A DNA stretch of 64,000 nt. It comes from a virus. The notes beneath the pieces are model-generated. The model was not told the origin of the DNA, did no database searches, and worked only from the letters and a program-made list of their open reading frames with translations. The DNA is taken from UHGV virus genome UHGV-1363143. One strand, given 5' to 3'. Both the position numbers and the translations under genes were made by a program. Below, piece by piece: positions 41,834 through 51,064 of this stretch (the stretch's first letter is position 1; each line of letters opens with the position of its first letter).

Positions 41834-43185
41834 AAAAAGAGGAGTATGCTAGAAATCTAGCTCTTAACGGCTATGTAGATAGGGCCAAAGAAATTATTCT
41901 TCAAGATGATTATGAACCAATTCTTAAGCCTGTAGAAATACATCCTGAAACAGAAATAAGTAAAGATGATATTAATCAAGTATTTGATGATATAAGCGCA
42001 GATTTAGATATTGTAAATAGTAATTTATCTATAACATCTGCAAAGTTTAAAAATATGCTAGAAACAACTAGATTAAAATTAAATGATATTAAAAGAATTT
42101 TAAGAACCGAAAAGGAAAGGCAAGAAGATATAAATATACTTTGCAATAAATACAGTGACTTTTCAAATGTAATTCTTATTTCTAATGAAAATTCATCTGG
42201 AGATCTATCTTATGATAAAAGCACATTTTCTATTAAAACCTCTAACTCAAAAGTAGTTAAAGGAGAAATTGTAGAGATAATAGGAAATGGATATGAAGGA
42301 AACAATTATGTTTACAAGAATAACGATTTTGTAAGCAATGTAAGTAATAGTTCCAATAAGGATTACATAACTGACGATAGTCTTATAACTTACTACGAAT
42401 ATTCAAGAATCACAGCAAGCAACTCTGAAAAGGAAGTTTTTCCTTTAGTAAATTTTGATTCCATAATGGCAAGATGCTCTATATTAATTAAAGCAAATGA
42501 CTTAATAAATACAATAGAAATGACAATGGAAACTGATGACGTGATTTTAGAATCATTAAGTACATCAATTGATGGTAAGACTTTTGTTCAATCTGAATTA
42601 AGAGACGTAGCAATAAATAGTAAGAAAGCACGTTTTGATACAAATGATTATATATTTGGATCAGGAATACTTTCATTCCAGGATTGTAACTATGTGAAGC
42701 TAGTTTTAAGAGCTGGTAAAAATTCAAATGATTCTATTGCTTTTATGAAAAAGGATTCCAATAATGTTGAAACACTTATGAAGCTCAAGACAGCTAAAAG
42801 AAGTGTCATAAGAATTAATAATATAGCTCTTGGAAGAAAGACATATGAATTATCTGGACAACTAGTATTTAACGATTTTATAACGGATCCAGTTAAATCT
42901 ATAGCAGTATTTGCAAATGAATACGTGGCTGACGAAATAGATTTAAGAAATAGTATTAAATATAATCTAACCATAAACGGTTTAGATTATGAAATAATCC
43001 CAATTAACTCTCAATATAATGGCAAGAAGATAATTAGAACTACTAGCCACACCATCCCTGCTGAACATGTTCATTATATAAATGAAAGCATTAAAAGTGC
43101 TACTTTGACAATCAATATGAAGAGTTCAAAACAATATACTAGCCCTTTTATTTCTGACTTGAAAGTACTTATTGGAGGTGAGTAA
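41809..43185 (+). CDS. hypothetical protein
   Basis: GGGAGG RBS. Overlaps the previous gene by 25 nt. Confidence 0.3.
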   Translation: MERQYNQLKKEEYARNLALNGYVDRAKEIILQDDYEPILKPVEIHPETEISKDDINQVFDDISADLDIVNSNLSITSAKFKNMLETTRLKLNDIKRILRTEKERQEDINILCNKYSDFSNVILISNENSSGDLSYDKSTFSIKTSNSKVVKGEIVEIIGNGYEGNNYVYKNNDFVSNVSNSSNKDYITDDSLITYYEYSRITASNSEKEVFPLVNFDSIMARCSILIKANDLINTIEMTMETDDVILESLSTSIDGKTFVQSELRDVAINSKKARFDTNDYIFGSGILSFQDCNYVKLVLRAGKNSNDSIAFMKKDSNNVETLMKLKTAKRSVIRINNIALGRKTYELSGQLVFNDFITDPVKSIAVFANEYVADEIDLRNSIKYNLTINGLDYEIIPINSQYNGKKIIRTTSHTIPAEHVHYINESIKSATLTINMKSSKQYTSPFISDLKVLIGGE

Positions 43186-44379
43186 ATGTTTAAGGACATT
43201 GAACTTAAATTGAATTATCATAAAGAAAGAATAATAACTAACTTCATAAAGAGAGGCATATATCCTGATAATAGATTGATACAATCTCAATTAAATGATA
43301 TAGAGCTAAGACTTTCTATTTTTAAAAATCCTAAAATAAAAGAAGGTTCTCAATTTAACACTGACATAATTAATGATTCGATTAAATACATCTATGATGA
43401 TTTAGCTATATTATATAAATTGCTATATGAAGTTACAGTAACTGAGTACAATAGATTGAGTTACTATATTAACTCTCACTTAAGAGAGTTGGAAGATACA
43501 GCTCAAATGTATTTAAAGCGTGCCAACTTAGAAAGCTATAGCACAGCATTAGGTAAATCAATTTTATTTAAACATAATGACTTTGAAATAGATAAGAAAG
43601 ATAATAATACAGTAATAAATCTAGGAAAGATTTCAATATCAGACGCTACTAAAATAGCCTGTATAGGAAATATAAATAATGTAGAGCACAATAATGTTGT
43701 ATTTAAGTTCAGGGAATCAGGAGTTGATAATCCTGCCACAGTATCATGTAATTCATATTCATACAATAGGGACTTCGTAGTGTTCCCTGGAGAATTAGAA
43801 AAAAAAGAATATGAAATAAGTATTAGTGAATCTCAAAAAATCAATAGTACTTTAGAATTGCCTATAGTTGCAACTGATCCTAACAATGGAAAATTCATAA
43901 CATTAGCTGGAAAAGATAAAATTCTATATAAGATGGCAAATGAGAATGGTGAAATAATAGAAGAAAAGCCAATAGCTATTAATGCTTTAAGTTTTAAAAG
44001 TCATTCGTATATAGACTTTTATATTGTTGGTGGTTCTAGTGTTACATTCAGATTTAATAAAAAACCTCTAGCAACTAACTTCAACACAAATGTAAATAGA
44101 ATCGAGAACTTAGATTACATTCATCATTTCTTTATAGAGTGTGATGAAGACTTTAGTTTCGATTTTGAATTAGAAAGAGGCTCTGTATATGCAATTAAAG
44201 AGAATACTTTAATTAATCAAGAGAAGTTTTATTATAGTGGGCAAGTAGACGTTAAGGATTTTATGATAGTACATTTTCTATCAAAGGAACCTAAGGAATA
44301 CGATGCAACTGTAGAGATCTATAATACATCAATATCAGAAGATGATATAGAGAGCATAATGATTAAAAAGATAGGATAG
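43186..44379 (+). CDS. hypothetical protein
   Basis: Directly abuts the upstream stop. Confidence 0.3.
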   Translation: MFKDIELKLNYHKERIITNFIKRGIYPDNRLIQSQLNDIELRLSIFKNPKIKEGSQFNTDIINDSIKYIYDDLAILYKLLYEVTVTEYNRLSYYINSHLRELEDTAQMYLKRANLESYSTALGKSILFKHNDFEIDKKDNNTVINLGKISISDATKIACIGNINNVEHNNVVFKFRESGVDNPATVSCNSYSYNRDFVVFPGELEKKEYEISISESQKINSTLELPIVATDPNNGKFITLAGKDKILYKMANENGEIIEEKPIAINALSFKSHSYIDFYIVGGSSVTFRFNKKPLATNFNTNVNRIENLDYIHHFFIECDEDFSFDFELERGSVYAIKENTLINQEKFYYSGQVDVKDFMIVHFLSKEPKEYDATVEIYNTSISEDDIESIMIKKIG

Positions 44380-44389
44380 GTGAAATTGT

Positions 44390-44641
44390 ATGATAACTTA
44401 TAATCATAAATATAGGGGACCATTTGAATATGAAAAATTTGCGCTTAATATTCTATCTTTTCACAATGCCATCAATTCTTTAGAAACTATTGAAATCCAA
44501 GGCACTAATGAAGAGATAGCTACATTAATGTCTATGAGTGATGACATTAATAATATTTTCAATTCCTTTACTGGAAAGAACGGCATATGTGAAAAAAGTT
44601 TCTTACTTGGACTAAAGGAAAGGAAGTGTATTAAATTATGA
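44390..44641 (+). CDS. hypothetical small protein
   Basis: 83 aa. Overlaps the next gene. Confidence 0.25.
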   Translation: MITYNHKYRGPFEYEKFALNILSFHNAINSLETIEIQGTNEEIATLMSMSDDINNIFNSFTGKNGICEKSFLLGLKERKCIKL

Positions 44642-45792
44642 TACCAAGAATGACAAGTCATGAATTAAACAACATACTTATAGAGGCAAATTCAAAGCTT
44701 TCAGGAGTAATTACTGATATAAAATATCTTAAGAATGATATGAGTAAAAAGCTAAAGATATTAAGATATGAATCGGAATATATGGAATATCAAATGGCAG
44801 ATTTGAAGAGAATACACAAGGAAACTTCTAAACCATCAGTTCCAGGACAAAACAACAAGGTATTTGTATTACCTGATCAATCTCTTTCAAACTCGTATGA
44901 ACAATACGGATGTACAATAACTCCTAAATTTAAAAGTGTTCCTGTTAATGTATTTAACATAATGACCACAGCTACAAGTGAAGCTTTCTATAGAGATATA
45001 GCAGAAGTATCTATTAATAATGTAGTTAAGGAAGAATATAAGAATATATTAAAACACGATAGCTTGAAGGAGAAAGAATTATTCTTTGAAGAAATTGATG
45101 GAGATAATCCAGCGATGAATATAAGCATTGTATTAGACAAAACAAAAGTTTTAGGTAATTCACTATTTAATATGATAGAGTTAGACATGTTCTTAAATGG
45201 TTCTTACACAATAGAATATATAAGACTTTTTACTGAAGATGTAGTAAACAATGATGAAATAACTAGTAAGTATGATGAATTTACTAACATTAAAGAAGCT
45301 GGAAAAATGAGATTAGTATTTAATAAAGAATACTCATTCAATAGAGTAGATATTAAAATAATTCCTAAATTCAATACTCAGGTTAATGGAGTGATGAAAT
45401 CACCTATAGGAATAAAACATATATACTTCTACAATGCGAAATTCTTATCCAATTCATATGCTATAGCTGAAATAGAATCAGAAGAATTTATTGATAAAAT
45501 AGATAATGAATTTACACTGATAAAACCAAATGAATCTATAGAATTAAATGCTGATTCAGAAAATATTCAATTCTATTTAAGTTATACAACTGATCCTTCA
45601 ACAGGCGAACCTATATTAAGCTCACCACAAGAAACAAGCAAGCCTGACAACACAAAAACAATAAGTGTTAACGTTAAGAAGATATATGCAAAGATACCAT
45701 TAAAAATACTTTTATCTTCTGATAAAAATTCTGATGTAAATAATCAATCTATAATAGGATTTGTATTTAATATATCATCAAAAATATTATAA
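44638..45792 (+). CDS. hypothetical protein (last gene of + strand late block)
   Basis: 384 aa. Followed by a bidirectional hairpin. Confidence 0.3.
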   Translation: MIPRMTSHELNNILIEANSKLSGVITDIKYLKNDMSKKLKILRYESEYMEYQMADLKRIHKETSKPSVPGQNNKVFVLPDQSLSNSYEQYGCTITPKFKSVPVNVFNIMTTATSEAFYRDIAEVSINNVVKEEYKNILKHDSLKEKELFFEEIDGDNPAMNISIVLDKTKVLGNSLFNMIELDMFLNGSYTIEYIRLFTEDVVNNDEITSKYDEFTNIKEAGKMRLVFNKEYSFNRVDIKIIPKFNTQVNGVMKSPIGIKHIYFYNAKFLSNSYAIAEIESEEFIDKIDNEFTLIKPNESIELNADSENIQFYLSYTTDPSTGEPILSSPQETSKPDNTKTISVNVKKIYAKIPLKILLSSDKNSDVNNQSIIGFVFNISSKIL

Positions 45793-45796
45793 AAAT

Positions 45797-45840
45797 AGCT
45801 CCCAGCACACAAGCTAGGGAGCATTTCTACTTTTCAAGTT
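45797..45840. terminator. bidirectional stem-loop between convergent genes
   Basis: GCTCCC-agcacacaagcta-GGGAGC, with T-rich sequence on the + side and A-rich sequence on the - side. Confidence 0.5.
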
Positions 45841-45994
45841 GATCTTTATATTTTTCAAGCAATAATTCCACTGCTTCATCAAGAAGTTTTGATCGTGGAA
45901 TTCTTGTATTTTCTTTTAAAATATTTAGCTTTTCGTATAAATCATTGTGAATAGCATCACCAAGTTTAGTTCTATTAACAAGTTTTCCGGCCAA
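45827..45994 (-). CDS. ribbon-helix-helix (CopG/Arc/MetJ-type) DNA-binding protein, 55 aa (not in ORF track)
   Basis: Minus-strand ORF with a TTG start 5 nt after GGAAGGTGA. The alternative GTG start at 46003 overlaps the RBS and is less likely. Product LAGKLVNRTKLGDAIHNDLYEKLNILKENTRIPRSKLLDEAVELLLEKYKDQLEK has a beta-strand, helix, helix layout with the conserved R/K-x-T pattern of RHH repressors. Confidence 0.55.
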   Translation of the reverse strand: MAGKLVNRTKLGDAIHNDLYEKLNILKENTRIPRSKLLDEAVELLLEKYKDQLEK

Positions 45995-46027
45995 TATAGT
46001 CACCTTCCTTTAACTTTTCATAATATA

Positions 46028-46056
46028 AATATAGCACACATTTTTATTACTTGCAA
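46028..46056 (-). promoter_or_regulatory. sigma-A-like promoter for RHH gene
   Basis: Minus strand: TTGCAA - 17 nt - TGcTATATT. Confidence 0.5.
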
Positions 46057-46070
46057 GTGCTATGAACTCC

Positions 46071-46099
46071 TTGCAACTACTAGGAGTTTGTGTTATAAT
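46071..46099 (+). promoter_or_regulatory. sigma-A-like promoter with embedded palindromic operator AACTaCTAGgAGTT (46075..46088)
   Basis: TTGCAA - 17 nt - TGtTATAAT (extended -10). The spacer carries a CTAG-centred inverted repeat. A 45-nt near-copy lies at 54413..54441. Confidence 0.6.
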
Positions 46100-46130
46100 T
46101 TATTTACACATTAAGAAAGGAAGAGAGTAC

Positions 46131-46748
46131 ATGGAATTAATAGATTTTTATTATTATAACTTAGGTGAAGAACCTAATAAAAGCGAAAAAACAATAACTG
46201 AAAATACATTCGGATTCTTAAAGGATAATAATTATACAGATAGCGATATTATGAGAATGCTAAAAGATTTTCCAGCTAAGATGGCATTAACACCGGATGA
46301 TCTTCCAGAATATCTTTGGGAAGGAAGTTTGACCAAGAGAAATGTTTTCTATTATCACAATGAACTTCACATAACATCCCCAGCTCCATACTGGGATTTT
46401 GAAAATGATAAGATTGTATCCAGTAGGTTTTTCTTAGAAATGAAAATAAAATATAGTATAGATGATTTAATTAAATATTTTTATAAAAGCTTTCCTATGG
46501 ATGGAAGCTTAGTAGATAGCAAAAAAGATAAAGGCTCTATGGAGTATCTCCTTAACAAATATAAGAACATTGATTTTATTGAGCCATTAGATTTTATATT
46601 ATATCTAATTGATGAAGCTGTTAATAATGAAACAGAGATTATTGAAATCATCGAATTAAAAAGATTTGAAAAGGCAACATTTGAATACTTAAAAATAAAA
46701 ACTTTAAATGCTGCTGTGGAGAAAATGAATAAAATAATTTGGAGGTAA
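46131..46748 (+). CDS. hypothetical protein, first gene of replication operon (start moved from 46062)
   Basis: The track ORF begins inside the promoter. The ATG at 46131 follows AAGGAAGAGAG. Confidence 0.4.
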   Translation: MELIDFYYYNLGEEPNKSEKTITENTFGFLKDNNYTDSDIMRMLKDFPAKMALTPDDLPEYLWEGSLTKRNVFYYHNELHITSPAPYWDFENDKIVSSRFFLEMKIKYSIDDLIKYFYKSFPMDGSLVDSKKDKGSMEYLLNKYKNIDFIEPLDFILYLIDEAVNNETEIIEIIELKRFEKATFEYLKIKTLNAAVEKMNKIIWR

Positions 46749-46752
46749 CACA

Positions 46753-47766
46753 ATGGACTGGTACATTGAATGCGGTGGAATATATGACATAAACAATCAA
46801 AAAATATTTGGTAGAAAGGTTTTTGTTAAGCCAGCAGAATTAGATACTACAATTAAAAAACGTTTCAAGAATATTGATGTTTACTCTACTAATTTCTTGT
46901 ACAATACTGAAGATCAGAATGAGAGCGATTTAATCGGACCTTTGTATATAGACTTGGATGGAGAAATACATGATGAAGAAAGCTACAATAAAGTAAAACA
47001 AGATACCTTAACTGCTATAAGTTATTTAACTACAAACCTTAAGGTACCTAAAGAATACATAAGAATATACTTTAGTGGAAATAAAGGATTTCACCTAATA
47101 GTTCCTTATACTGTATTTGGAATTACTCCTTGTAAGGATTTAAATGATAAATATAAGATGATAGCTTTAGACATAAAGAAATATTCATTAAATCAAACAA
47201 TAGATACAAGAATATATGACAAGAAGAGATTAATAAGACTTCCTCATTCAATAAATGGAAAGACAGGTCTTTATAAGGTTCCTCTTACTGAAGATGTCCT
47301 TAGAATTTCTACTTATGCAAGCATGAAGCTATATGCAAGTAAAGATAGAAAAGTTGAATATACAGAAACTAAGCTAGTGGAAGATGCTAAGAGAGCATTT
47401 ATAGAAGCTACAAAAGTTAAACCTAAGATAAAGAAAAACGTAAATACATCATACATTAATCCTAATTATGAGATACCACTATGTATAAAATATATTTATG
47501 CAAAAGGATCTGTGCAAGGAGCTAGAAATAACACCTTAATGATATTAGCTTCTTCGTTACTACAAAAAGGCATGGAACTAGAAGAATGTATTGATACACT
47601 AGTCGAATGGGATGAAGAGAAAAATGAGCCATCAATGGGTGAAAAGGAAGTAGAGACAACTGTTAGAAGTGCATATAGAAACCTAATAGATGGCAGAAGA
47701 TACGGCTGTGCATCAGTAATGGAATTAGGAATGTGCGTAGGAAAGCAATGCAAATTATACAAGTAA
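46753..47766 (+). CDS. DNA primase-polymerase, archaeo-eukaryotic primase (AEP) fold with PriCT-like C-terminal domain
   Basis: AEP catalytic motifs are present: LYIDLDGE (DxD), YFSGNKGFHLIV (sGxGxH) and DKKRLIRLPHSINGKTG. The C-terminal ..ARNNTLMILASSLLQKG.. looks like primase C-terminal (PriCT) domains. Confidence 0.65.
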   Translation: MDWYIECGGIYDINNQKIFGRKVFVKPAELDTTIKKRFKNIDVYSTNFLYNTEDQNESDLIGPLYIDLDGEIHDEESYNKVKQDTLTAISYLTTNLKVPKEYIRIYFSGNKGFHLIVPYTVFGITPCKDLNDKYKMIALDIKKYSLNQTIDTRIYDKKRLIRLPHSINGKTGLYKVPLTEDVLRISTYASMKLYASKDRKVEYTETKLVEDAKRAFIEATKVKPKIKKNVNTSYINPNYEIPLCIKYIYAKGSVQGARNNTLMILASSLLQKGMELEECIDTLVEWDEEKNEPSMGEKEVETTVRSAYRNLIDGRRYGCASVMELGMCVGKQCKLYK

Positions 47767-47781
47767 CGGAGGAGAATAATA

Positions 47782-48855
47782 ATGAACGACACTTTAGCAA
47801 AAGAATTAGAATTACATAACATAGATGAAATAACACCAATAAGTAATGAAGAAGAAAAAGAAATTTCAATGGAAGATTTCTTTGCAACATCCACTGCTGA
47901 CTTAGAAGCATTTGATACTAATGCTTGGAGCAAGGGAGATGGATTAACTTTACCAAACTATCCATATATAACTGAACAATTAGAAGGTTTAGATTCAGGC
48001 CTATATTTATTCGCTGGTAAATCTAATCATGGTAAATCAGCTGCAATGATGAACATAATGGAAGATGCATGTTCACATGAACCTAATAAGTTGTATGGAC
48101 TATATTACTCGCTAGATGATAGTAAGAATGAAATAATTCCAAGACTTATTGCTATGGATCAACGTATTCCAATAGGGGTTGCTGCTAAACCTCAAAGATA
48201 TCAAAATATGATAGATAACATGGAAGAAGGTTCTGCACAATATATTGAAATGCTTGAAAAAAGACAAGCAGGTTTAGATAAACTTAAAGCTAATGTAAAT
48301 AAATTAAAGATAGAGGATTCAAGTAAGATTAAAAATGCTGATGATATCCATGAACATATAAAGATGGTATTAACTTATCTTAGAGCAATAGATCCTGAAT
48401 ACAGAATATTAATTGCTATAGACTCTATCAATGACGTTAGATTAACATATACTCCTAAAGATAACGATGTATTAGCAGAAGTAGCTAGAGTAGTTAAAGG
48501 ATGGACTGTAGAATTTGATTGCCCTATATTTGCTAGTACACATATAAGAAAGCTAAATGGTAATAGAAGACCTACTATAGAGGACTTAAAGGATTCTACT
48601 GTATTGGTATATGAAGCTTCTGTAGTTTGGATAGTATTTAATGATGTATCTGAAAACAAACAAGCAGCCAAGATATTCCAAGTTAATCCTAATACTGATA
48701 TGAAACTTCCTATCTTAGAAATAGATTGGGCTAAGAATAAGAAATCTTCATACAAAGGAAGGAGCTTTTGCTACTTTAGACCAGAATACTCTAAAACTAT
48801 TGAGTGCGATGAAGAAGCTATTAAAAGATATTCTGCGTTAGTTTATGAGGCCTAA
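47782..48855 (+). CDS. RecA-fold replicative helicase-like ATPase (DnaB C-terminal-domain-like)
   Basis: Walker A LFAGKSNHGKSAAMMN. Walker B-like ILIAIDSIND. No N-terminal DnaB domain. Confidence 0.5.
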   Translation: MNDTLAKELELHNIDEITPISNEEEKEISMEDFFATSTADLEAFDTNAWSKGDGLTLPNYPYITEQLEGLDSGLYLFAGKSNHGKSAAMMNIMEDACSHEPNKLYGLYYSLDDSKNEIIPRLIAMDQRIPIGVAAKPQRYQNMIDNMEEGSAQYIEMLEKRQAGLDKLKANVNKLKIEDSSKIKNADDIHEHIKMVLTYLRAIDPEYRILIAIDSINDVRLTYTPKDNDVLAEVARVVKGWTVEFDCPIFASTHIRKLNGNRRPTIEDLKDSTVLVYEASVVWIVFNDVSENKQAAKIFQVNPNTDMKLPILEIDWAKNKKSSYKGRSFCYFRPEYSKTIECDEEAIKRYSALVYEA

Positions 48856-48915
48856 ATTATAGTTTTTTAAAAAAATAACATAATATAAAACCAGTAGAAT
48901 ATAGGAGGAATGATT

Positions 48916-49323
48916 ATGGCACTTTATAGTAGAGAACAAACTAAAAGCTTCTTTTCAGAAATAGCACATGAACAAGATGTGTGTTTATATTGTGAAAAGG
49001 CTATATCCGAAAAATTAAATACTGGTAAAATTAATCGTGATGAAATGCACAAAGAACTAAAGCTTCTTAAAGGCAAACTTACTGGTAAGAGAGTTATGAA
49101 ATTCAGATATGTAGGACACGATTTCTGTATATGTCCTGAATGCGTAAGCAATATAAATGCAGAAATCAATCCTGCACCTAAAGAGGAAAATCCTGTGCCT
49201 AAAGAGCAAGAAGTAGTATCAGATGATAGTTCAGCTGAAGCAACTGATGTAGAGCCAGTTACTGAAACTGTAAAGCCTGATAGCAAAGGTAAAGGAAAGG
49301 GAAAGTCTAATGCGTCCAAATAG
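48916..49323 (+). CDS. zinc-finger protein with Lys/Gly-rich tail
   Basis: CLYCEKAIS ... CICPEC forms a C4 site. C-terminal KGKGKGKSNASK. Start taken at the ATG 7 nt after GGAGG. Confidence 0.4.
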   Translation: MALYSREQTKSFFSEIAHEQDVCLYCEKAISEKLNTGKINRDEMHKELKLLKGKLTGKRVMKFRYVGHDFCICPECVSNINAEINPAPKEENPVPKEQEVVSDDSSAEATDVEPVTETVKPDSKGKGKGKSNASK

Positions 49324-49570
49324 ACAAAAGACAGTACATGATGTAAGGGGCAGTAGAATTAAATGTATTAATTTTCAAAAATGCCCTTTATGCTATGGAT
49401 GCAGAAGATATAGCTCTATAGATCCTGAATGTAGAATCTGCTTACTAGAAAATAAAAAGCAAAATATATGTAATGTAAATCTTCATAGAGATGAAGTTAC
49501 AGCAAAGATGATAACTAAAGGAAATATATTATTACAAGGTAGCTTAGACTTTAAAAGCATGCCTGTTTAG
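49310..49570 (+). CDS. Cys-rich small protein
   Basis: CINFQKCPLCYGC...DPECRICLLE - multiple CxxC pairs. Confidence 0.35.
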   Translation: MRPNRQKTVHDVRGSRIKCINFQKCPLCYGCRRYSSIDPECRICLLENKKQNICNVNLHRDEVTAKMITKGNILLQGSLDFKSMPV

Positions 49571-49582
49571 GAGGAACAATTA

Positions 49583-50056
49583 ATGATCAACTTTGAAGAG
49601 TTACACCAAAACCAAGCAATGTATATTGATAAAATTAAGATAAGTCCATTAAAGAATTTTGTTATAAGTTCTTTAGCTCAATTTAGTACAACTACTAAAT
49701 TAAAGAAAGCTAATAAAGTAGCTGATATAGTATGGCAAAAGTTTGAGCATTTAGGATATATAACTGCAACTGCTCAACAACAATTCGTTGATATAACTAT
49801 CGCTGGATGTTTACTTCATAACTTATTCTATTCAGAAGATGATATATCAACAATATTAAAACATAGAACTAAGTTAGCTGAAATAGCTAAAGATACAGAA
49901 ATTGATGAAAGACTACTTGCTTTGGTTTATGAAATAATTGAATCGCAGTTAGGTGAAAATCATCCTATTCAAAAATTAAAGCCAACTACTAATAGTCCAA
50001 GCTACACATTCGCAGAAGCAGTATGGCAAGTTAATGGATATAAAGCAAGAGTTTAA
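49583..50056 (+). CDS. hypothetical protein
   Basis: AGGAGGA RBS. 157 aa. A terminator-like hairpin lies at 50063..50090. Confidence 0.3.
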   Translation: MINFEELHQNQAMYIDKIKISPLKNFVISSLAQFSTTTKLKKANKVADIVWQKFEHLGYITATAQQQFVDITIAGCLLHNLFYSEDDISTILKHRTKLAEIAKDTEIDERLLALVYEIIESQLGENHPIQKLKPTTNSPSYTFAEAVWQVNGYKARV

Positions 50057-50062
50057 TTACAG

Positions 50063-50090
50063 GCCACACTAAAAAGTGTGGCTATTTTAG
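50063..50090 (+). terminator. stem-loop / weak terminator
   Basis: GCCACACT-aaaaa-GTGTGGC followed by TATTTT. Confidence 0.5.
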
Positions 50091-50102
50091 AAGGTGAGTT
50101 AA

Positions 50103-50768
50103 ATGAGTAAGTATGTTATAAGTGATATACACGGAATGTATGATAAATTCTTAGCTATACTAGAACTTATAAACTTCTCAGATAAAGATGAGCTTTACAT
50201 ACTTGGGGATGTAATGGATAGAGGTCCAAAGCCCCTAGAGATAATTGATTATATTATAAATCACAAAAACATTCATCTTATAAAAGGTAATCATGAAGCT
50301 ATGTTTACTGAATACTTTGAAGAAGGTTCTCTAAATTTATGGTATATGAATGGTGGCAATGCTACTCATTCACAAATAGTACAAAGAGATTACCTTTATG
50401 AAGAGAGTTTATATAAATATATCAAAAAACTTCCATACTATATGGTTATAGATAAGTTTATCCTAACTCATGCTGGATTTTTCTTTCCTGAAAATCATAA
50501 TGATATGACTATTGAAGAGTTCTTGAGTTGGCAAGATGAAGATACTAGCCTATGGAGTAGAAGTAATATACACTCTACTAAATCCTTTAAAGACTATAAA
50601 ATAGTGTGTGGTCATACACCAGTTCAAAGTATAAATAATAACTATGATGATGTTAAGATGATTCATACACCTGGTCATATTTATATCGACTGTGGTTGTT
50701 GTTTTACTAAGGCTAATGGTAAGTTAGCATGTTTATGTTTAGATGATATGAAAGAATACTACGTATAA
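50103..50768 (+). CDS. metallophosphoesterase (lambda-PPase / Ap4A hydrolase-like Ser/Thr phosphatase)
   Basis: The calcineurin-like motifs occur in order: ISDIHG, GDVMDRGP, GNHE, then the later His motifs. Confidence 0.75.
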   Translation: MSKYVISDIHGMYDKFLAILELINFSDKDELYILGDVMDRGPKPLEIIDYIINHKNIHLIKGNHEAMFTEYFEEGSLNLWYMNGGNATHSQIVQRDYLYEESLYKYIKKLPYYMVIDKFILTHAGFFFPENHNDMTIEEFLSWQDEDTSLWSRSNIHSTKSFKDYKIVCGHTPVQSINNNYDDVKMIHTPGHIYIDCGCCFTKANGKLACLCLDDMKEYYV

Positions 50769-50779
50769 ATCAAGGAGGT

Positions 50780-51064
50780 TTGTTTATGGGAAGCATTATA
50801 GATAAATACTGGAATGGATATAAATTCACTTATATGGGTGACTTAGAGTTAAGTATCTTTGGTCAGGACATTATCCCAGGCAAACCTTTCTATGTTCCTA
50901 GAAAGACAGCACATGCAATATTAAACAATATAACTCTAGAAGAAAGATTTAATTTTATATATGAAAAAGTATTATTAAGTAATTATATGAGAGGAGATCT
51001 ATCTCGCTCAGAAGTAATTAGGATAGTTAACGAAAGGAGTCCTAAGAACAATGAATTTAACTGA
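50780..51064 (+). CDS. hypothetical protein
   Basis: AGGAGG RBS. 94 aa. Confidence 0.3.
   Translation: MFMGSIIDKYWNGYKFTYMGDLELSIFGQDIIPGKPFYVPRKTAHAILNNITLEERFNFIYEKVLLSNYMRGDLSRSEVIRIVNERSPKNNEFN

Noticed and set aside
46062-46130. Track start codon at 46062 for the first replication-operon gene
   Set aside because: It lies inside the -35/-10 promoter elements. The RBS-preceded ATG at 46131 is the plausible start.
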